From NCBI RefSeq assembly GCF_009914755.1, contig NC_060935.1: a stretch of 64,000 nucleotides of DNA; one strand, written 5' to 3'. The stretch comes from the human T2T-CHM13v2.0 reference genome, Homo sapiens. Below are positions 42,982 through 58,040 of this stretch, piece after piece; position 1 is the first letter of the stretch; every line of letters begins with the position of its first letter. The notes under the pieces were generated by a model, which was given only the letters and a program-made list of their open reading frames with translations, did not search any database and was not told the origin of the DNA. The position numbers and the translations under genes were made by a program.

Positions 42982-44629
42982 CTAATAGCAACACTTTTCA
43001 TATTAAAATTGCACCCCAGTTCTGAATCCACAACTGAGAAACAATTGTTCGATTATATTTTTACTTCTTATGGTACTTCTCAATGGAAGAATGTATTGAC
43101 TAATAGATATAAGAGTTGGCTTTTTTGTCAATTACATTATATTCCTTATCAGCAATAGATTATAATTCAGATTTATATAAACTTGAGTCTGTTTCTGAGT
43201 TATACTGTATAGAAAATATTTAATTTCTAAATTATTTTGTACATTTGATAGGCAAGAAAGACCCTTACTATTCTTTATTATTGGCAATAATACAGCATCA
43301 GGTCAGTTCTAACTTAATCTCTATTTGGAAAGGCTCATGACAATCTGTAGAGAATACACAAATTTCACTGGAAAGCAATTATTCTGTTAATGGTGAATTA
43401 GACAAAATTCAACACCACCTTGAGAGTATTAATGTGGCCATCTCTTGTCCACATTAATTAATTCTTCTACAGCTTTCTTCCATTGTCAACAATATTGCTA
43501 GTCATAATAATGACCTTAAGGAACCATGAAACTTCTGTATTTGTTCTTCAATCAAAGAAAAGTATCAATAATTTTAAATATTGTCATCTTATTTTTTAAC
43601 CTTTTGTTATTAATTGGAAGAAATTACTATGTAAAACCAACAGTTCACCTTCTATTTTATTAATTTAGGTTATTTTAATGATACTCTACAGTAAAAATAT
43701 TTAACACTTGAACAATACCTTTAAAATCTTTTTATTTATATATTATATCATTTTAACCTCAGAGATGATAAAAATTACAGATTGATAAGTATATGAAGAA
43801 ATCAGAAACTTCGATTTAATGATTTGCCTACTGATCATTCAGCTAGAACATAATTGAGCCAGGTCTAGAACCCAGGTCTCCAGTACTCAAAAGGATACAT
43901 TTTGTGACCATAACAACTCATCCCAAACTAAGGTTTTAAGTGGATGACTAAAGTAAAAATCTGATGCCAGCTGATGCCAGAAAGAGAAATGAACAATTCT
44001 TAAATAGCCACCCACTTAAGAGATAGCAAACCAAGATTTTCAGAACTATTTCTAAAAGCATGAGCAGACTTGGCTAGAATATTTTTCCTCCTTAGAGAGA
44101 AAAGTTTGTGAGGATCTATTCATAACCTCTACAACTTCCTTTTTCATGTATTATACTCCACATTTTGCTTTGCTAACACATTCCCTTGGAAAACAAAGAA
44201 TGGAATATGAAGTGAAATATGCTGCCTGACTGAAGGAGTAGGCAGTGAAGCTAGTTGTTCATAAATTTTGTCAAACTATGACATTTTAAGCTAATATTAC
44301 ATATTTAGAATCTGGGGCTATGAAACTATTTCAGAAATAATTTATTGATGTAAAAAACCAAAATATTACTTTAATGAATTACATACATTTGTACACACAA
44401 TATATATACTCTAACAATCCACATAGTGCCACCATTTTCAAACCCTGTCTTTAAACAAAAATGCTGAATTCTTAGCAAAAATTATCAAATACTTTTGTTT
44501 ATACACAGTTGGTGTAATTCCTCTCATAAGCTTAGACTTAAGTGATTACTTATCCTAATATTAGGATAAATACATCATTTCTTTAGGTCAATTAAAACCA
44601 GTAAGTCTTGGCATTTATTTATTACTCCC

Positions 44630-45330
44630 AACAAGTATTTATTAATTTTTTATTTGGCACTCTTGGTGCTTCAGTACCATCAATGAACAAAGATGCTTGA
44701 TTTCCAGACTGCTCAATCTAGCAAGGAGAAAGCAACAAACAATCAGCAGTAAAAAAGAAAAGAAAAAGCATAATGAATCAGAAATGTGTAAGATGGTAGG
44801 AGGTGATAAATGCTGTGCAAAAATAAATAAATAAATGGAAAATTAAGTTGGGATACCAGAGACTGGGCTCAAGATGAGTGTGCATTGAAATATTAAACAG
44901 ATAATCAGGTCTGGCTTCAATGAGAAGACTGGACTTGAAGGAAAATTTGAAAGAGGTGAGAAAGGAAGCCAAGTACATGTTGTTATGTGAGTGCAGTTGA
45001 GCAAAAGCCCTGAGGGAGAAACAAGTCCAAATTTAAAGGTACAGTCAGGAGTGAGACCACAGTGGAGTGAGCCAGAGGAGAGTACTAGGATGTGAGAGCC
45101 TAAAACAAAGCGCATGTGAGGAGATGGGGAGTCAGGGGAAAAATAGAAATTAATCCAGACTTTCTAAACCATTGGAAGAACTTCGGCCTTTACAGAACGC
45201 CATTGCAAGGCTTTAGGAAGAGAAGTAATATGGTTTGACTTCTCTCTAGAATGGCTTAGTCTGGCTGCCATGCTAAGAATCATCTGTGTGGCAATAAGAA
45301 ACAAGGCACCAGTTAGGATACTGGAAATAC
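44630..45330 (-). mobile_element. L2 LINE fragment
   Basis: Antisense L2-like text (ccattgcaaggctttaggaagagaagtaatatggtttgact...ctggctgcc). Confidence 0.65.
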
Positions 45331-45985
45331 TTCAGACACCGACAGATGAGGGGACAGGAGGAGAGAATCGTAGGTAGCACATTTCTTCCCTGCTTGCCTT
45401 CCTTACTTGGTACCTTGGGTTTAGTAGTGACTGCCTTTCTCCACAGTCACAGTTATCACCTTTTATTTTAGAGAAATAAAAAGTGCTTCATGCACTAGGG
45501 AAAAGAGCTGCCTTCTGTCAATAATGTACTTTTGTAAAAGATGGGCTAGTAAAAGGAATAAAAGCCAAATGCAAGAGCAAACTTGGATAAATATGTTATA
45601 TGTTAAATTTGATTCCAATGAAGAAATTCAATTTCAGTAGATTTTCTATTTGGGCTCCTTAGTTTGCTTATTCAGTTTCTTAACCACCCAGTGAGTATCA
45701 AAACAGATATGCAGACACTGGTTAATTCCACTGATCCTTAATGTTTAGTATTAGATTTATGGCTTAGTTTTTAGAAGAGCTTAATGATTTTTATAAACCC
45801 ATGTAAAAAACACATGTACAAAGGAATGACTTGTTAAGTAAAATATTATTTTTCCTGGATCCTAGATGTACATTTTCACATACTATTTCTGAACTTGGTA
45901 GATGGGTTTCAATTCATATTTACTTCTAACTAAATATCTAGTAATCAATCATTGGTCTGTGCTATGTTTATGTGAGTCTGGAATA

Positions 45986-46063
45986 AATATATATAATATA
46001 TATATTATATATAATATTATATATATATTATATATAATATTATATATATATTATATATATATA
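45986..46063. repeat. (TA)n-rich microsatellite
   Basis: Direct inspection. Confidence 0.9.
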
Positions 46064-46099
46064 AACATACCTAAAACATGTTTGCTCTAATGTATGGAA

Positions 46100-48285
46100 T
46101 AAAAAAGCTTTTGATAGAATTCAGCATCCTTTTGTGTTCAAAACCCTCAACAAACTAGGGATTGAAAGAACATACTTCAAAATATAAGAGCCATCTGTAA
46201 AAATCCCCCAGACAACATCATACTGAACGAGCAAAAGCTGGAAGCATTCCCCTTGAAAACAAGAACAAGACAAAGATGCTCTGTCTCACCATTTCTATTC
46301 AACATTGTTCTGGAAATCCTAGCCAGATCAATCAGGCAAGAGAAAGAAATAAAAGGCATCCAAATAGGAAGAGAGGAAGTCCAATATCTCTTTTTGTAGA
46401 CAATATGATCAATATGATTTTATACCTAGAAAACCCCTTAGTGTCTGTCCAATAGTTCCTTGATCTGATAAACATCTTCAGCAGTTTTAGGATACAAACT
46501 CAATGAACAAAAATCAGTACCATTTCTATACATCAACAACATCCTAGGTGAGAGCGAAATCAGTAACCCAATCCCATTCACAGGAGCCACAAAAAAGAAG
46601 AAAATATCTAGGAAGACAGCTAGCCAGGGAGATGAAAGATCTCTACAACATGAATTATAAAATGCTGTTCAAAGAAATCACAGATTGCACAAATGAATGG
46701 AGAAAACATTCCATGCTCATGGATGGGAAGAATCAATATTGTTAAAATAGCTATTCTGCCCAAAGCAATTTACAGATTCAATTTTATTCCTATCAAATTA
46801 TCAAACTACCAATGGCATTCTTTGCAGAATTAGAAAAAACACAGAACATTGACATTAAAGAACTTCTTTGCAACACATAGATCAAAATATTTAGCATACC
46901 TGAAGGACTGATTGCTCCAATTCACCTTGACTTTAAAATCAACATTTTAAAAAGGGCTACTCAGAAATAGGGCCAGATACCTACAACCATCTGATCTTCA
47001 ACAAAGCTGTCAAAAACAAGCAATGTGGAAAGGACTTCCTGTTAAATCAATGGTGATGAGATAACTGGCTAGCCATATGCAGAATATTGACACTGGACCC
47101 CTTCCTTACATAATATATAAAAATCAACTCAAGATAGATTAAAGATTTAAATGTAAACCTCAGAACTATGAATATCTAAGAAGACCACCTAGGTAATATA
47201 ATTCTGAATATAGGAACTGGCAAAAATTTCACGACAAAGATGTCAAAAGCAATTACAACAAAAGCAAAAATTGACAAATATGATCTAGTTAAATTTAAGA
47301 GCCTCTGCACAACAAAAGAAACAATCAACAGGGTAATAAAAACAACCTACAGAATGGGAGAAAAATTTTGCAATCTATGCATCTAACAAAGGCCTAATAT
47401 CCAGCCTCTATAAAGAACTTTAACAAGTTTACCAGAAAAGAAAAACATAAAAAGTGGGCAAAAGGCATGAACAAATACTTTTCTAAAGAAAACATACACA
47501 TGATCTATAAGCATATCAAAATGTTCAACATCACTAAACTTTAGAGAAATGAATATGAAAACCACAACCAGATACCATCTCACACCAGTCAGAATGGCTA
47601 TTATGAAAAAGTAAACAAAAATAACAAATGCTGGTGAGACTGTGGAGAAAAGGGAACACTTATACACTTCTGGTGGGAATGTAAATTACTTCAATCATTG
47701 TGAAATGTGGTTTGGTGATTTCTCAAAGAACTTCAAACTGAAACACCATTTGACCCAGCAATCTTATATTGAGTATATATCCAAGGGAATATAAATCATT
47801 CTGTCATAAAGACACACGCATACATATGTTCATTGCAGCACTATTAACAATAGCAAGGACACAGAATCAACCTAGATGCCCATCAACGATAGACTGGATA
47901 AAGAAAATGTGGTACATATACACGATTGAATACTATGCAGCCATGATAAAGAACGAGATCATGTCTTTGTATCAACATAAATGGATCCGGAGAGCATTAT
48001 CCTAAACAAACTAACAGAGGAACAGAAACTGAAACACCACATGTTGTCACTTATAAGTGGGAGTTAAACACTGAGTACACAGGGACATAAAGAAGGTAAA
48101 AGAGACACCAGGACTTACTTGAGTGTGGAGAGTGGGAGGAGGGTAAGGATCTTAAAACTATCTATTAGGTACTATGCTTATTACCTGGATGATGAACTAA
48201 TCTGTACACCGAACCCCTGTGACATGTAATTTACCTATAAAACAAACTTGCACATGTACCCCTGAACTTAAAAGTTGAAAAAAAA
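46100..48285 (+). mobile_element. 5'-truncated L1 (L1PA13-16-like)
   Basis: ORF2 RT to C-terminal sequence (gaagcattccccttgaaaac...; [12 protein letters not shown]), 3'UTR and A tail. Discontinuous at 46841-46960. Confidence 0.9.
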
Positions 48286-48580
48286 ATGCCACTAGAGAGA
48301 CTACAAAGTAAATTCAACAAATGTTGACAGAGCATTGACTATGAGCCAGTCCCATGCATAAATAAAACATAACACAAAACAAAACGAAATGAATGACTAC
48401 TTTGGCAATAATCAACAAATTAATAATCCATCAGAAAAAAAATTAGAATAGACTTACAGGGCAGAATAATCTGTCTGATAAAGCCTCTTAAATGGTACCT
48501 TTTTCTTCTCCTGCACCTTTCAATTCCTATGCTCGTGTTGGGGAAAAATAATTGTTTTGTGATTAAGAAGACTAAAAAGA

Positions 48581-48886
48581 GGCCAGGCACAGTGGCTCAC
48601 GCCTGTAATCCCAAAACTGGGAGGCTGAGGAGGGTGGATCACCTGAGGTCAGGAGTTCGACAACAACCTGGCCAACATGGTGAAACCCTGTCTCTACTAA
48701 AAATACAAAGATTAGCTGGGCGTGGTGGTGGGCGCCTGTAATCCCAGCTACTCGGTAGGCTGAGGCAGGAGAATCGCTTGAACGCAGGGAGGTGGAGTTT
48801 GCAGTGAGCCGAGATTGCGCCATTGCACATTGCAGTCCAGCCTGGGCGACAGGGCGAGACTTTGTCAAAAAAAAAAAAAAAAAAAA
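48581..48886 (+). mobile_element. AluSx/Sq-type SINE
   Basis: Full dimer with poly-A. Confidence 0.94.
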
Positions 48887-49284
48887 GCCTGAAAAGTGAT
48901 CTGGTTATGTGGAGATCTTTACAGTCAATCAGCCTAAGACATTTTTGTCCGAGTCCAATTAAGGTAACTAAGCTCTTTTGCTAGAAATCCAGCATTGAGA
49001 AATTTTTTCAAAGTTTAAGTTATAATTAGGAAAAATATATGCATACGTGTACACAGAAATATGTGTGTGGAGAATATATATATGTGCATATATATAGTTT
49101 GTATGTATAATTTATATCAATCATTCATAAACATTAACATGAAAAAATACATACTAAAGTAGATGAATATATTCAACCTTTTCAAACCAATGTAACCAAT
49201 AGAGAAAGAGTCAGCAAACATTTTATTTAAATGTCTAGATAGTAAATGTTTCAATAGTACTTTTTGACAGAAACATTGTCAGTT

Positions 49285-49579
<295 letters not shown>

Positions 49580-51174
49580 TTAGTCTTCTGAATTAGACTA
49601 TTAATTACTTAACTCATAGAGTCCATGCTTTAGTTATCTAGTTATCTTCATATCCCTTGTGACTAAAAAAATCTGCACATACTACAAATTTAAAGAATAT
49701 TTGTTGAGTAGTATCAGCTACTAAATAAAATTTAAGTCAGTGTATAATTTGAAGATGATACCAACTATCTATAAATCCTTTTTAGTAGAGAAATACAATA
49801 ATCTAATTGCCAAGTCTGATGTGCTATAATCAGTTTCTGGAATGACCAGCTCTTAATTCTGGATTCAAGCTAAATAGAAGACTGTGCAACAAAGCTGGCT
49901 CAGTGAAAAGAAATTAAAGAGTGGCCAATTACTTGGCTGAAATGGAACTGGTAAGAGAGCAATCTAGCCTCTTTTAAAGAGGGAGAAAGTATATAATGAA
50001 CAGAAAAGACATGAAACTCCAAGTGCTAATGTTCAAGCATTAGAGATTTAGAAATACAAGCTTGCTTTCTCTGGCATCTGTAAGACTTTAAAATCATTAA
50101 TCATGTTTTTACTATCACCAATAAAATCTAAAGATAAAATGACTCCATAAGGATAATGTGACTTCAAAACCATCAAATATTCATTTTGACACTCAATAAC
50201 ATGCAGTGTAAAGTACCTGTTTATCAACATAAAAGTAAAAAAATAGGGAAAATAGCTCATTGAATGAAAATAATTTATAAAACCATATTTTCTGGCACTG
50301 TTTAACTTAGAGCTATCTACATAAATTAATGACAGTTTACATAGCTCTTTAAAAGTGATTAAATGTTAATATCATCTTCCTGATATATTACGGAGCAGTT
50401 GAAACTGCTTCATATTTGTAGAAGTTCTGATTTCAAAGATTCAGACACATGGGAGAAGGTCCTGACAAATTCTTTGATCTTTCTGCCTATCACAAGGGAA
50501 ATTAAGTAAATAAAATACAAACAAACAAATACATCACTATAACTCTAAATATATATATATATAGGTGTGTGTGTATGCATATGAAATTTCCAAACATTTG
50601 GTGAAGTGACACATGACATGACATTTTATTTAGAACATTCTAAACAAATTTTAAGATACATTTTATGATTTCTTCCATAAGGTGGGAAAGTAAATGACCA
50701 AAAGACAAGGTCAGATATTAAGGAAGTGAAAAACATAAGAAAAGGAGATCAGCTAAATATACTTAATACAGAATCAGGTGGGATAAGGGGCTCAGTTACA
50801 GGCAGCAGCTAACAGCACTCATGAAAAATGTGAAGGCCACTAACTAGATTTAATATGTAGAATTAAGCAAGTCTTTTTTATTAATATTAATAATGTATTT
50901 GAAGTAAATCCAAGACATGCATGTTCCGCTTCACTAATTGACTAATTTATTTAATGTGGACAAACACTTTATTTCTTGTCTGCAGTATCAGAGCTTGGAG
51001 AAAGTATTTAAAAGTAACTACCATGTACTTTCTTCTTCTTCCCCTCCTCTCTTCCTTTCACCTCTACCTCTCCCTTCCCTTCCCCTCCTCCTTTTTCTTC
51101 ATCCTCCTTTTCCACTGTTAATCTTTCTACTCTGCTATCTTTTTATTCAATACCTTGTTTTATGTTGTTACCGT

Positions 51175-51297
51175 TATTTTTGAGGCAAGTTCTCTCTATG
51201 TTGCCCAGGCTGGCCTCAAAATCCTGTGATCAAGGGAGCCTCTCATTTGAGCCTAACCAGTAGCAGGGACTACAGGCTTGTGTCATTGTGCTCAGCT
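51175..51297 (-). mobile_element. FLAM / Alu monomer
   Basis: tctctatgttgcccaggctggcctcaaa...gggactacagg. Confidence 0.75.
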
Positions 51298-51842
51298 CAG
51301 TAACTTTTTTATTATTATCATATCTTACGCACATATTCAATAATTTGTATTTTAAAAATTCTTTCACATAATGTGCATAGTTGGTAATACAATAAATATA
51401 AAATAAGAAAATGAAGGGGTATATGAAAAAGTATCTAAAAAGGATAAACAAACAAGAAACCAATCATAATAATTATATAAACTCATCTAAAATCAATCAG
51501 TATGAAATGAAAACCACGTTGCAAATCCCCTTGAAAGAGTAGCAAGTGTAGCAATAAGATCGGTGTACAGAAGCTCTTCTTTTTAGACTGTCAACATCCC
51601 TAGACAGATTTCTTTCCTCTGGATATTTTTCAATAACATAAAAATTTACAGAAAAGATAGTTGAATGTGCACAGATAGATAGATACATACATACCTAAAT
51701 GCATACCTACATACATAGACAAAATTGGTGCTTTGATTATTTTGTATGTGAGATTCAGGTGGTATTCCTTTTCCTACTCTGTCAAAATACATTTATTGAA
51801 GACTTTTATGTTGCCATAAAGGTATAAGGTATAAGTTAATTT

Positions 51843-53015
51843 TTATACAAAAATTAACTCAAGTTTGTTCAAAGACATAAACGTAAGACCTAAAACCAGA
51901 AGAACCCTAGAAGAAAACCTAGGCAGCATCATTCAGCACACAGGCATGGGCAACAACTTCATGACTAAAACATCAAAAGCAATTGCAACAAAAGCCAAAA
52001 TTGACAAATGGGATCTAATTAAACTAAAGTGCTTCTGCACAGCAAAAGAAACTAACATCAGAGTGAAAACGCAACCTACAGCATGGGAGAAAATTTTTGC
52101 AATATATCCGTCTGACAAAGGGCTAATATACAGAATCTACAAGTAACTTAAACAAATTTACAAAAAAAAACTGCATCAAAAAGTGGGTTCAGAATATGAA
52201 CAGACACTTCTCAAAAGAAGATATTTTTGTGGCCAAAAAACATATGAAAAAAGCTCATCATCACTTTTCATTAGAGAAATAAAAATCAAAACCACAATGG
52301 GATACTATCTCACGCCAGTTAGAAGAGTGATCATTAAAAAGTAAGGAAACAACAGATGCTGGAGAGGATGTGGAGAAATAGGAATTGCTTTTACTCTGTT
52401 GGTGGGAGTGTAAATTAGTTCAACCATTGCGGAAGACGGTGCGGTGATTCTTCACGGATCTAGAACCAGAAATACCATTTGACTCAGCAATCCCATTACT
52501 AAGTATATACCCAAAGGATTATAAATCATTCTACTGTAAAGACACATGCACACGTATGTTTATTGCAGTGCTATTCACAGTAACAAAGACTTGGAACCAA
52601 CCCAAATGATAGACTGGATAAAGAAAATGTGGCACATATACACCATGGAATGCTATGCAGCCATAAAAAAAGAATGAGTTCATGTTCTTTGCAGGAACAT
52701 GGATGAAGCTGTGAACCATCATTCTCAGCAAACTAACACAGGAACAGAAAACCAAACGCTGCATGTTCTCACTCATAAGTTGGAGTTGAACAATGAGAAC
52801 ACGTGGACACAGGGAGGGGAACATCACACACAGAGGCCTTCGGTGGGTGGAAGGCAAATGGAAGATGAGCATTAGGTCAAATAGCTAATGTACGTGGGGC
52901 TTAAAACCTAGATGACAAGTTGATGGTTGCAGCAAACTACCATGGCATATGTATACCTATGTAACAAAACTGCATGTTCTGCACATGTGTCCCAGAACTT
53001 AAAGTAAAATAAAAA
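51843..53015 (+). mobile_element. 5'-truncated L1PA7/8-like LINE-1
   Basis: ORF2 piece [26 protein letters not shown] and 3'UTR gggcttaaaacctagatgac...cccagaacttaaagt. Confidence 0.9.
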
Positions 53016-53642
53016 TCTGTAAAATTAATTTATTAGCAGATCTTTCTACAACTCTGTTAGATTTTTTCCTTTAAAATTATTGTTTTGCTTATTAAATAGA
53101 CATTGTCAGTAGAGATTATCTTAATGAGAGCAGAGCTTCACAAATTTTAACATTAGTTTCTTGGTGTCATAAATAACCATGTAGTTCGGGGTGTTTATGA
53201 GAAGTTTCTTCTGCAATTGAACAGTAGATATGAGTATGAGAACTTCTTTCTCTTCCTGGCAGAAAACAAGATCCATTACATTTTCTAATGTGAATTATTC
53301 CATGGTATCTTTATTCCATCATTTTTTATTTTTTTCTCTGATTGAAGTCAAGGACTTTCAAAAGATAATTTTAGAAGAGTTGCAGAGGAGGCAATGAAAA
53401 AAATCATAGAGTCTTCACTTTCAGTGGGATGTTTAAGGCTACAAAATTTCTCTACACTTAAGTACTGTGCAACTATATAAGGAAAAAATAATATGGGTCA
53501 ACATAAAGAAAACTAAAATATCCAAAAAAATTGAAAGAAAGTCATCTGTCCTTATGACTCCCTAATTTGATGATCCCATTAAATAAGTAAACTGATTACC
53601 ATTTTTGTGATATCATTTAACCTGGTTTTTGTCGACTATAAT

Positions 53643-53855
53643 AGAGGTCAGAAAACTTTGTCCCACAAGCCAGTTCTGACCCATCATCTGTTTTGTTCGT
53701 AAATAAAATTTTATTAAGCATCTTTGCCTACTCATTTAAATGCTGCTTATGGATACTTTTGCACAATGACAGAGTTGAATGGTTGCAACAGAGACCATAG
53801 AGTCAAAAAAATCCTAGATATTTGCTCTCTGCTTCTTTACAGAAAATATTTGCTC
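53643..53855. mobile_element. MER58A-like hAT MITE
   Basis: gtaaataaaattttatt...gttgcaacagagacca...tttacagaaaa. Confidence 0.65.
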
Positions 53856-53974
53856 TTCTCTCATCTATAACATGGTATACTACTTATCATTGCTCAAAAA
53901 AAAATACCAAAACAGTAATTTAAAACAGTATCTTATGTAATGTCATATATCCAGAATTAAGAAATCTAACCAGG

Positions 53975-54136
53975 CTTACAGGACTACTAACACATCTGTA
54001 GTCCTAGCTATCAGGGAGGTTGATGCAGGAGGATCACTTGAGTCCCGGAGCTCAAGGTTACAGTGAGCTATGATCATGCCACTGCCCCTCCAGCCTGGGT
54101 GAGAGTGATACCTGTTCTTTAAAAAAAAAAAAAAAA
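53975..54136 (+). mobile_element. FRAM / AluJ monomer
   Basis: ctgtagtcctagcta...ggatcacttgag...cagtgagctatgatcatgccactg followed by poly-A. Confidence 0.8.
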
Positions 54137-54579
54137 TTGAGAAAATAGTGACTCAGCTGAGTGGTTCTGGGTCAGGTTCTCTCATGAGGTTGCAAGCAAA
54201 ATGTTGATCAGTGATATAAATATCTGAATTCGAGTTAGAAACCTCCATTTCCTAAAATGATCCATCCAAAGAAGTCACGAAACATCATTTTTGCAATATT
54301 CTATTCATTACGAGCTAGTCCTAATTCAACATGGAAGAGAAAACACGAGTGTGTGAGCGTGAGCAGGTAAGGGACACCAAGATCATCTTGGATACTTGCG
54401 GTCACAGGTGAAGATCCAGTTCACGGTAAATAAATGTTATAAGATAAAGACTACAATACCATGCTTGGCACACAGTAGAAGAATGAGAATTTGTCCCATT
54501 TTTTTCCTTTTTGGGACATGATACACAGTAAAAAATTCTTCACGTGTATAAAGTTTATTGGCACAGTATATATCTATGC

Positions 54580-54810
54580 CAGGAGTCCGTAAATATTGAT
54601 CCAAGGACTAAATCTGGACTTCTGCCTCATTATGCAAAAAAGTGATATTGGAACACACCCATGAATGCATGTATGTTGGTTTGTGTATTGTCTATAACTA
54701 CTTTTGTGCTAAAATAGCAGAGATTAATAACTGTGATGAAAATTGCATAGCTTACATGACTAAAATATATTCTACCTGGCCCTTTACAGAAAAAGTTTGC
54801 TGATTCTTGG
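54580..54810. mobile_element. MER58A-like hAT MITE
   Basis: Ends tacctggccctttacagaaaaagtttgctga. Confidence 0.7.
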
Positions 54811-54958
54811 TCTATTCCATATGTTGACCTGAGTAGGTTTGAATTTATCACTGAATAAACTGGAACTACATAACAATGTGACCTAAGCAAATAGTCTCAT
54901 TCTCTCTAGATCAATGGAAAACACTCCTGGCTGCAAAACAAGTCAGTTTCTAGGCAGA

Positions 54959-54959
<1 letters not shown>

Positions 54960-55010
<51 letters not shown>
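54960..55010. repeat. (CA)25 microsatellite
   Basis: Perfect dinucleotide run. Confidence 0.97.
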
Positions 55011-55012
<2 letters not shown>

Positions 55013-56059
55013 CAACAAAGTACCAAGAACAATGACTACTTCAATATTGCAGAGATTTGGAAAGCTCTGGTTAAAAAAGAAAAAGCTCTAATCAAAACAG
55101 TCTATCCTTTTATTATCCAATAAACTATTTTTTAAAACATGAGATGAAATTCTCTCCAAATAGTAGCTATTTTGTGAAAGTTAGATTATTTTCAGTAATC
55201 AGAGATTCCATTTGTCTCCCTACTTTATGTACTCAGATATAACACTTAATTTATAACTAATGTTTTGTCTATATCATACAAATAATTAATTCTTCATAGT
55301 GGTGCGTATGCTGCTCTGTTACTTGGTTTATGTAAGTACTTTCTAACAAACTTGATTCCTTTCGGGAAGAAATGAAGCCTTTGAAAACTATATTCAAAAC
55401 ATGGCTTAATGGAGAGTTGTTCGCACAGTAGTTGTCAGCCAAAGACCTCTTGATTAACTGTAATCAATGCAATATAATGGAAGTTAAAATCTCAATTACT
55501 TCAAAGAAATAAAATAACTAAGAATTGATATTTATCTAAAATCCTCCCAAAGAATTACTGGCCTGGGCCATTGAAAAGTAATTGAAACGCTAAAATACAC
55601 TTCCATTTTACATCTATGTTGACATCAGGTAAGGTCCCAATAATAAAGTAGGCAAACCCTAAAGTGCATGATGAAGAGAGAGCTTCTTCCTAACTTTCAT
55701 TTCTACACCTCATAGTTCTTCTTAATTTTAGTTAAAAGTAAGCACACAAAAACATATGAAACTCTTTCAGCAAAAATTTGTGGTTAAAAACCAGGACAAA
55801 AAGATATCAAACACATCATATTATATAATAGAATAATATATAGAAGGAGAAGCCCCAAGCATAATATTCCTGTAATGGGAATTAGTATGCTGTCATACGG
55901 ATGAGGATTAATTCTTCTAAGTCAGTGAGTCAAAGAAAAAGAAGCAAGTTTCCATAATCTGTAACTAGAATAAAATTAATAGCACGAGTACTCTGGAAAA
56001 CTTATAACTCAAGAAATTACTTCGTCAATGGAACAGATTTTTCTACTTAGAGTGAATGT

Positions 56060-56310
56060 TACATTCACTGAAGCAGTTTGATTATTCAGATTCATGTAAC
56101 ATTTGTTCACTGTCTACACTGTTCGTGGCATTTTATCTAAGTCATTTAACTTAACTGTTCAAATGTGGTTTTAAAGCTGGTATTACTGTATTTTATAGTG
56201 AAGGAAATGGAATTAGAGAGTTCAAGTTGCCTAAAGGTATACATCTTGTCAATAGCGTAGCCTGATTTCTAACTCAAGCCTTTTAGCTCTGAGTGTAATA
56301 TTCTTCCCTC
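56060..56310 (-). mobile_element. MIR SINE
   Basis: gaaatggaattagagagttcaagttgcctaaagg matches the antisense MIR core. Confidence 0.55.
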
Positions 56311-57425
56311 TGTCTCATTTAGGATCTCAGAATAGTTAAAATCTTCCCTATAATGATGCATAGGAAATAGTGATGCAGACATTCTCACACTGTAATGTGC
56401 ATAAAAGGTAGTTACAAACTTAGATACCCAGGTTCTACTCAAAATGTTTTTAGTTTGTCAGTCCGCACAAAACCAGATATCTGTATTTTTTTAGTGAGCA
56501 TTAATGATCATTTAGACTAATTTGTGTCTACTTCACCAAAGGGGGAAAAAGTGATGCCATGGAGAAAAAACAGCCTTTAATATACTTGGCTCTTAAATGG
56601 GAAAAGTGGAAAATTTGTAGTGTTACAGAACGTAAAATAGTAGATCATAATTTAAATGCAAGGGCTGCTTATTTAAAATAAATGATTTCATTTTGTTGAT
56701 TGAAGACATTCTTATAATTGGTATTTTATTATGAAGACAAGGAAAATTCTATATTCCCTAAAACATAGGAATAGACTTTTAATAAAAAATCAACTGTTAT
56801 TTTATTATTTGATGAACACACAGATTTAAAAGATAAATCCCTTTGTTTGTAGGATATGTCTTATTTAATTAGCAGTGAAAATTGTACAAGTCTGAAATAT
56901 ATTATTTTTAGATTGTCACATTGATAGATGAGGTCTCTCATATAAAACTCTGCAGAACAAAAGGAAAAATATTTTCTTACAACAGACAATATAAAAAAAG
57001 TGATTGAATGTCAAAATTACAGGTTTAGATGTTATATTTATACTTTGTACTGTTCCAAGGAATCTCAATTTCAAGAAGAATTCTACCTTTTATTGCAGTT
57101 TTCTGTATTTTATTTGCTTATCTGTTTAGATCATTTCAATTATTCAAAGCTTAGACTCTCCATGAACCAAACTTCCTGTTGTCTTTGCCTTTCAAAATGA
57201 ATCAGCCTGTCTTATTGTTGTTGCTGTTGTTACCTGAACATAACATTTCCACAGCAATTGAGTTAATATTGACTTCTAGAGGTCTTAATACAATGGTATA
57301 TAGACTGTGTCATGGATTGGCAAAATTCTTTAAATTGTTATATAGAGGATATCTTTTAAATATTATTTCAATTATTTATATTTCCATAGGGAGGTAGTTT
57401 CCTAAGGAAAAAGAATAGTCAAATG

Positions 57426-58040
57426 CAATCATGTGTCTTTTAAAGACAAGGATATGTCCTAAGAAATGAATTGTTAGGCAATTTAGTCATTGTGCAAACA
57501 TCATAGAATGTACTTCCATAAACCTAGATGATACGGCCAACTACACATCTAGGCTATGTGGTGGAGCCTATTGTTCCTAGGCCACACACCTGTACAGCAT
57601 ATTACTGTATAGAATACTGTAGGCATTTATAACAACATGGTTAATATCTGTGTATCTACATATAGAAAAGGTACAGTAAAAATACGACAAAAATAATTTT
57701 AAAAATTGTACATCTGTATAAAACACTTACCATGAATGGAGATTACAGGACTGGCAGTTGCTCTGGGTTAGTGGATGAGTGAGGGCTGAATGAGTGAGGG
57801 CTGAATGAACGTGAAGGCCTAGGACATTACAAGACACTTTTATACAACTGGCAGCATAGTAGGCTTGTTTACATGAGCATCACCACAAATATGTGAATAA
57901 TGAATGGCACTGTGAAGTTCTGACAGCTGTGACATTGCTAGGCAACAGGAATTTTTAAGATGTGTTATAAATTCTTATGGGACCACCGTCATATATGTGG
58001 TAAATCCTTGACTGAAATTCTGTTATGCATAGTATGACTG
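57426..58040. mobile_element. Tigger3/Golem (MER7-type) non-autonomous DNA transposon
   Basis: Termini caatcatg...tatgactg; interior tgtgcaaacatcatagaatgtact...aacctagatg and tatgggaccaccgtcatatatg. Confidence 0.8.
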
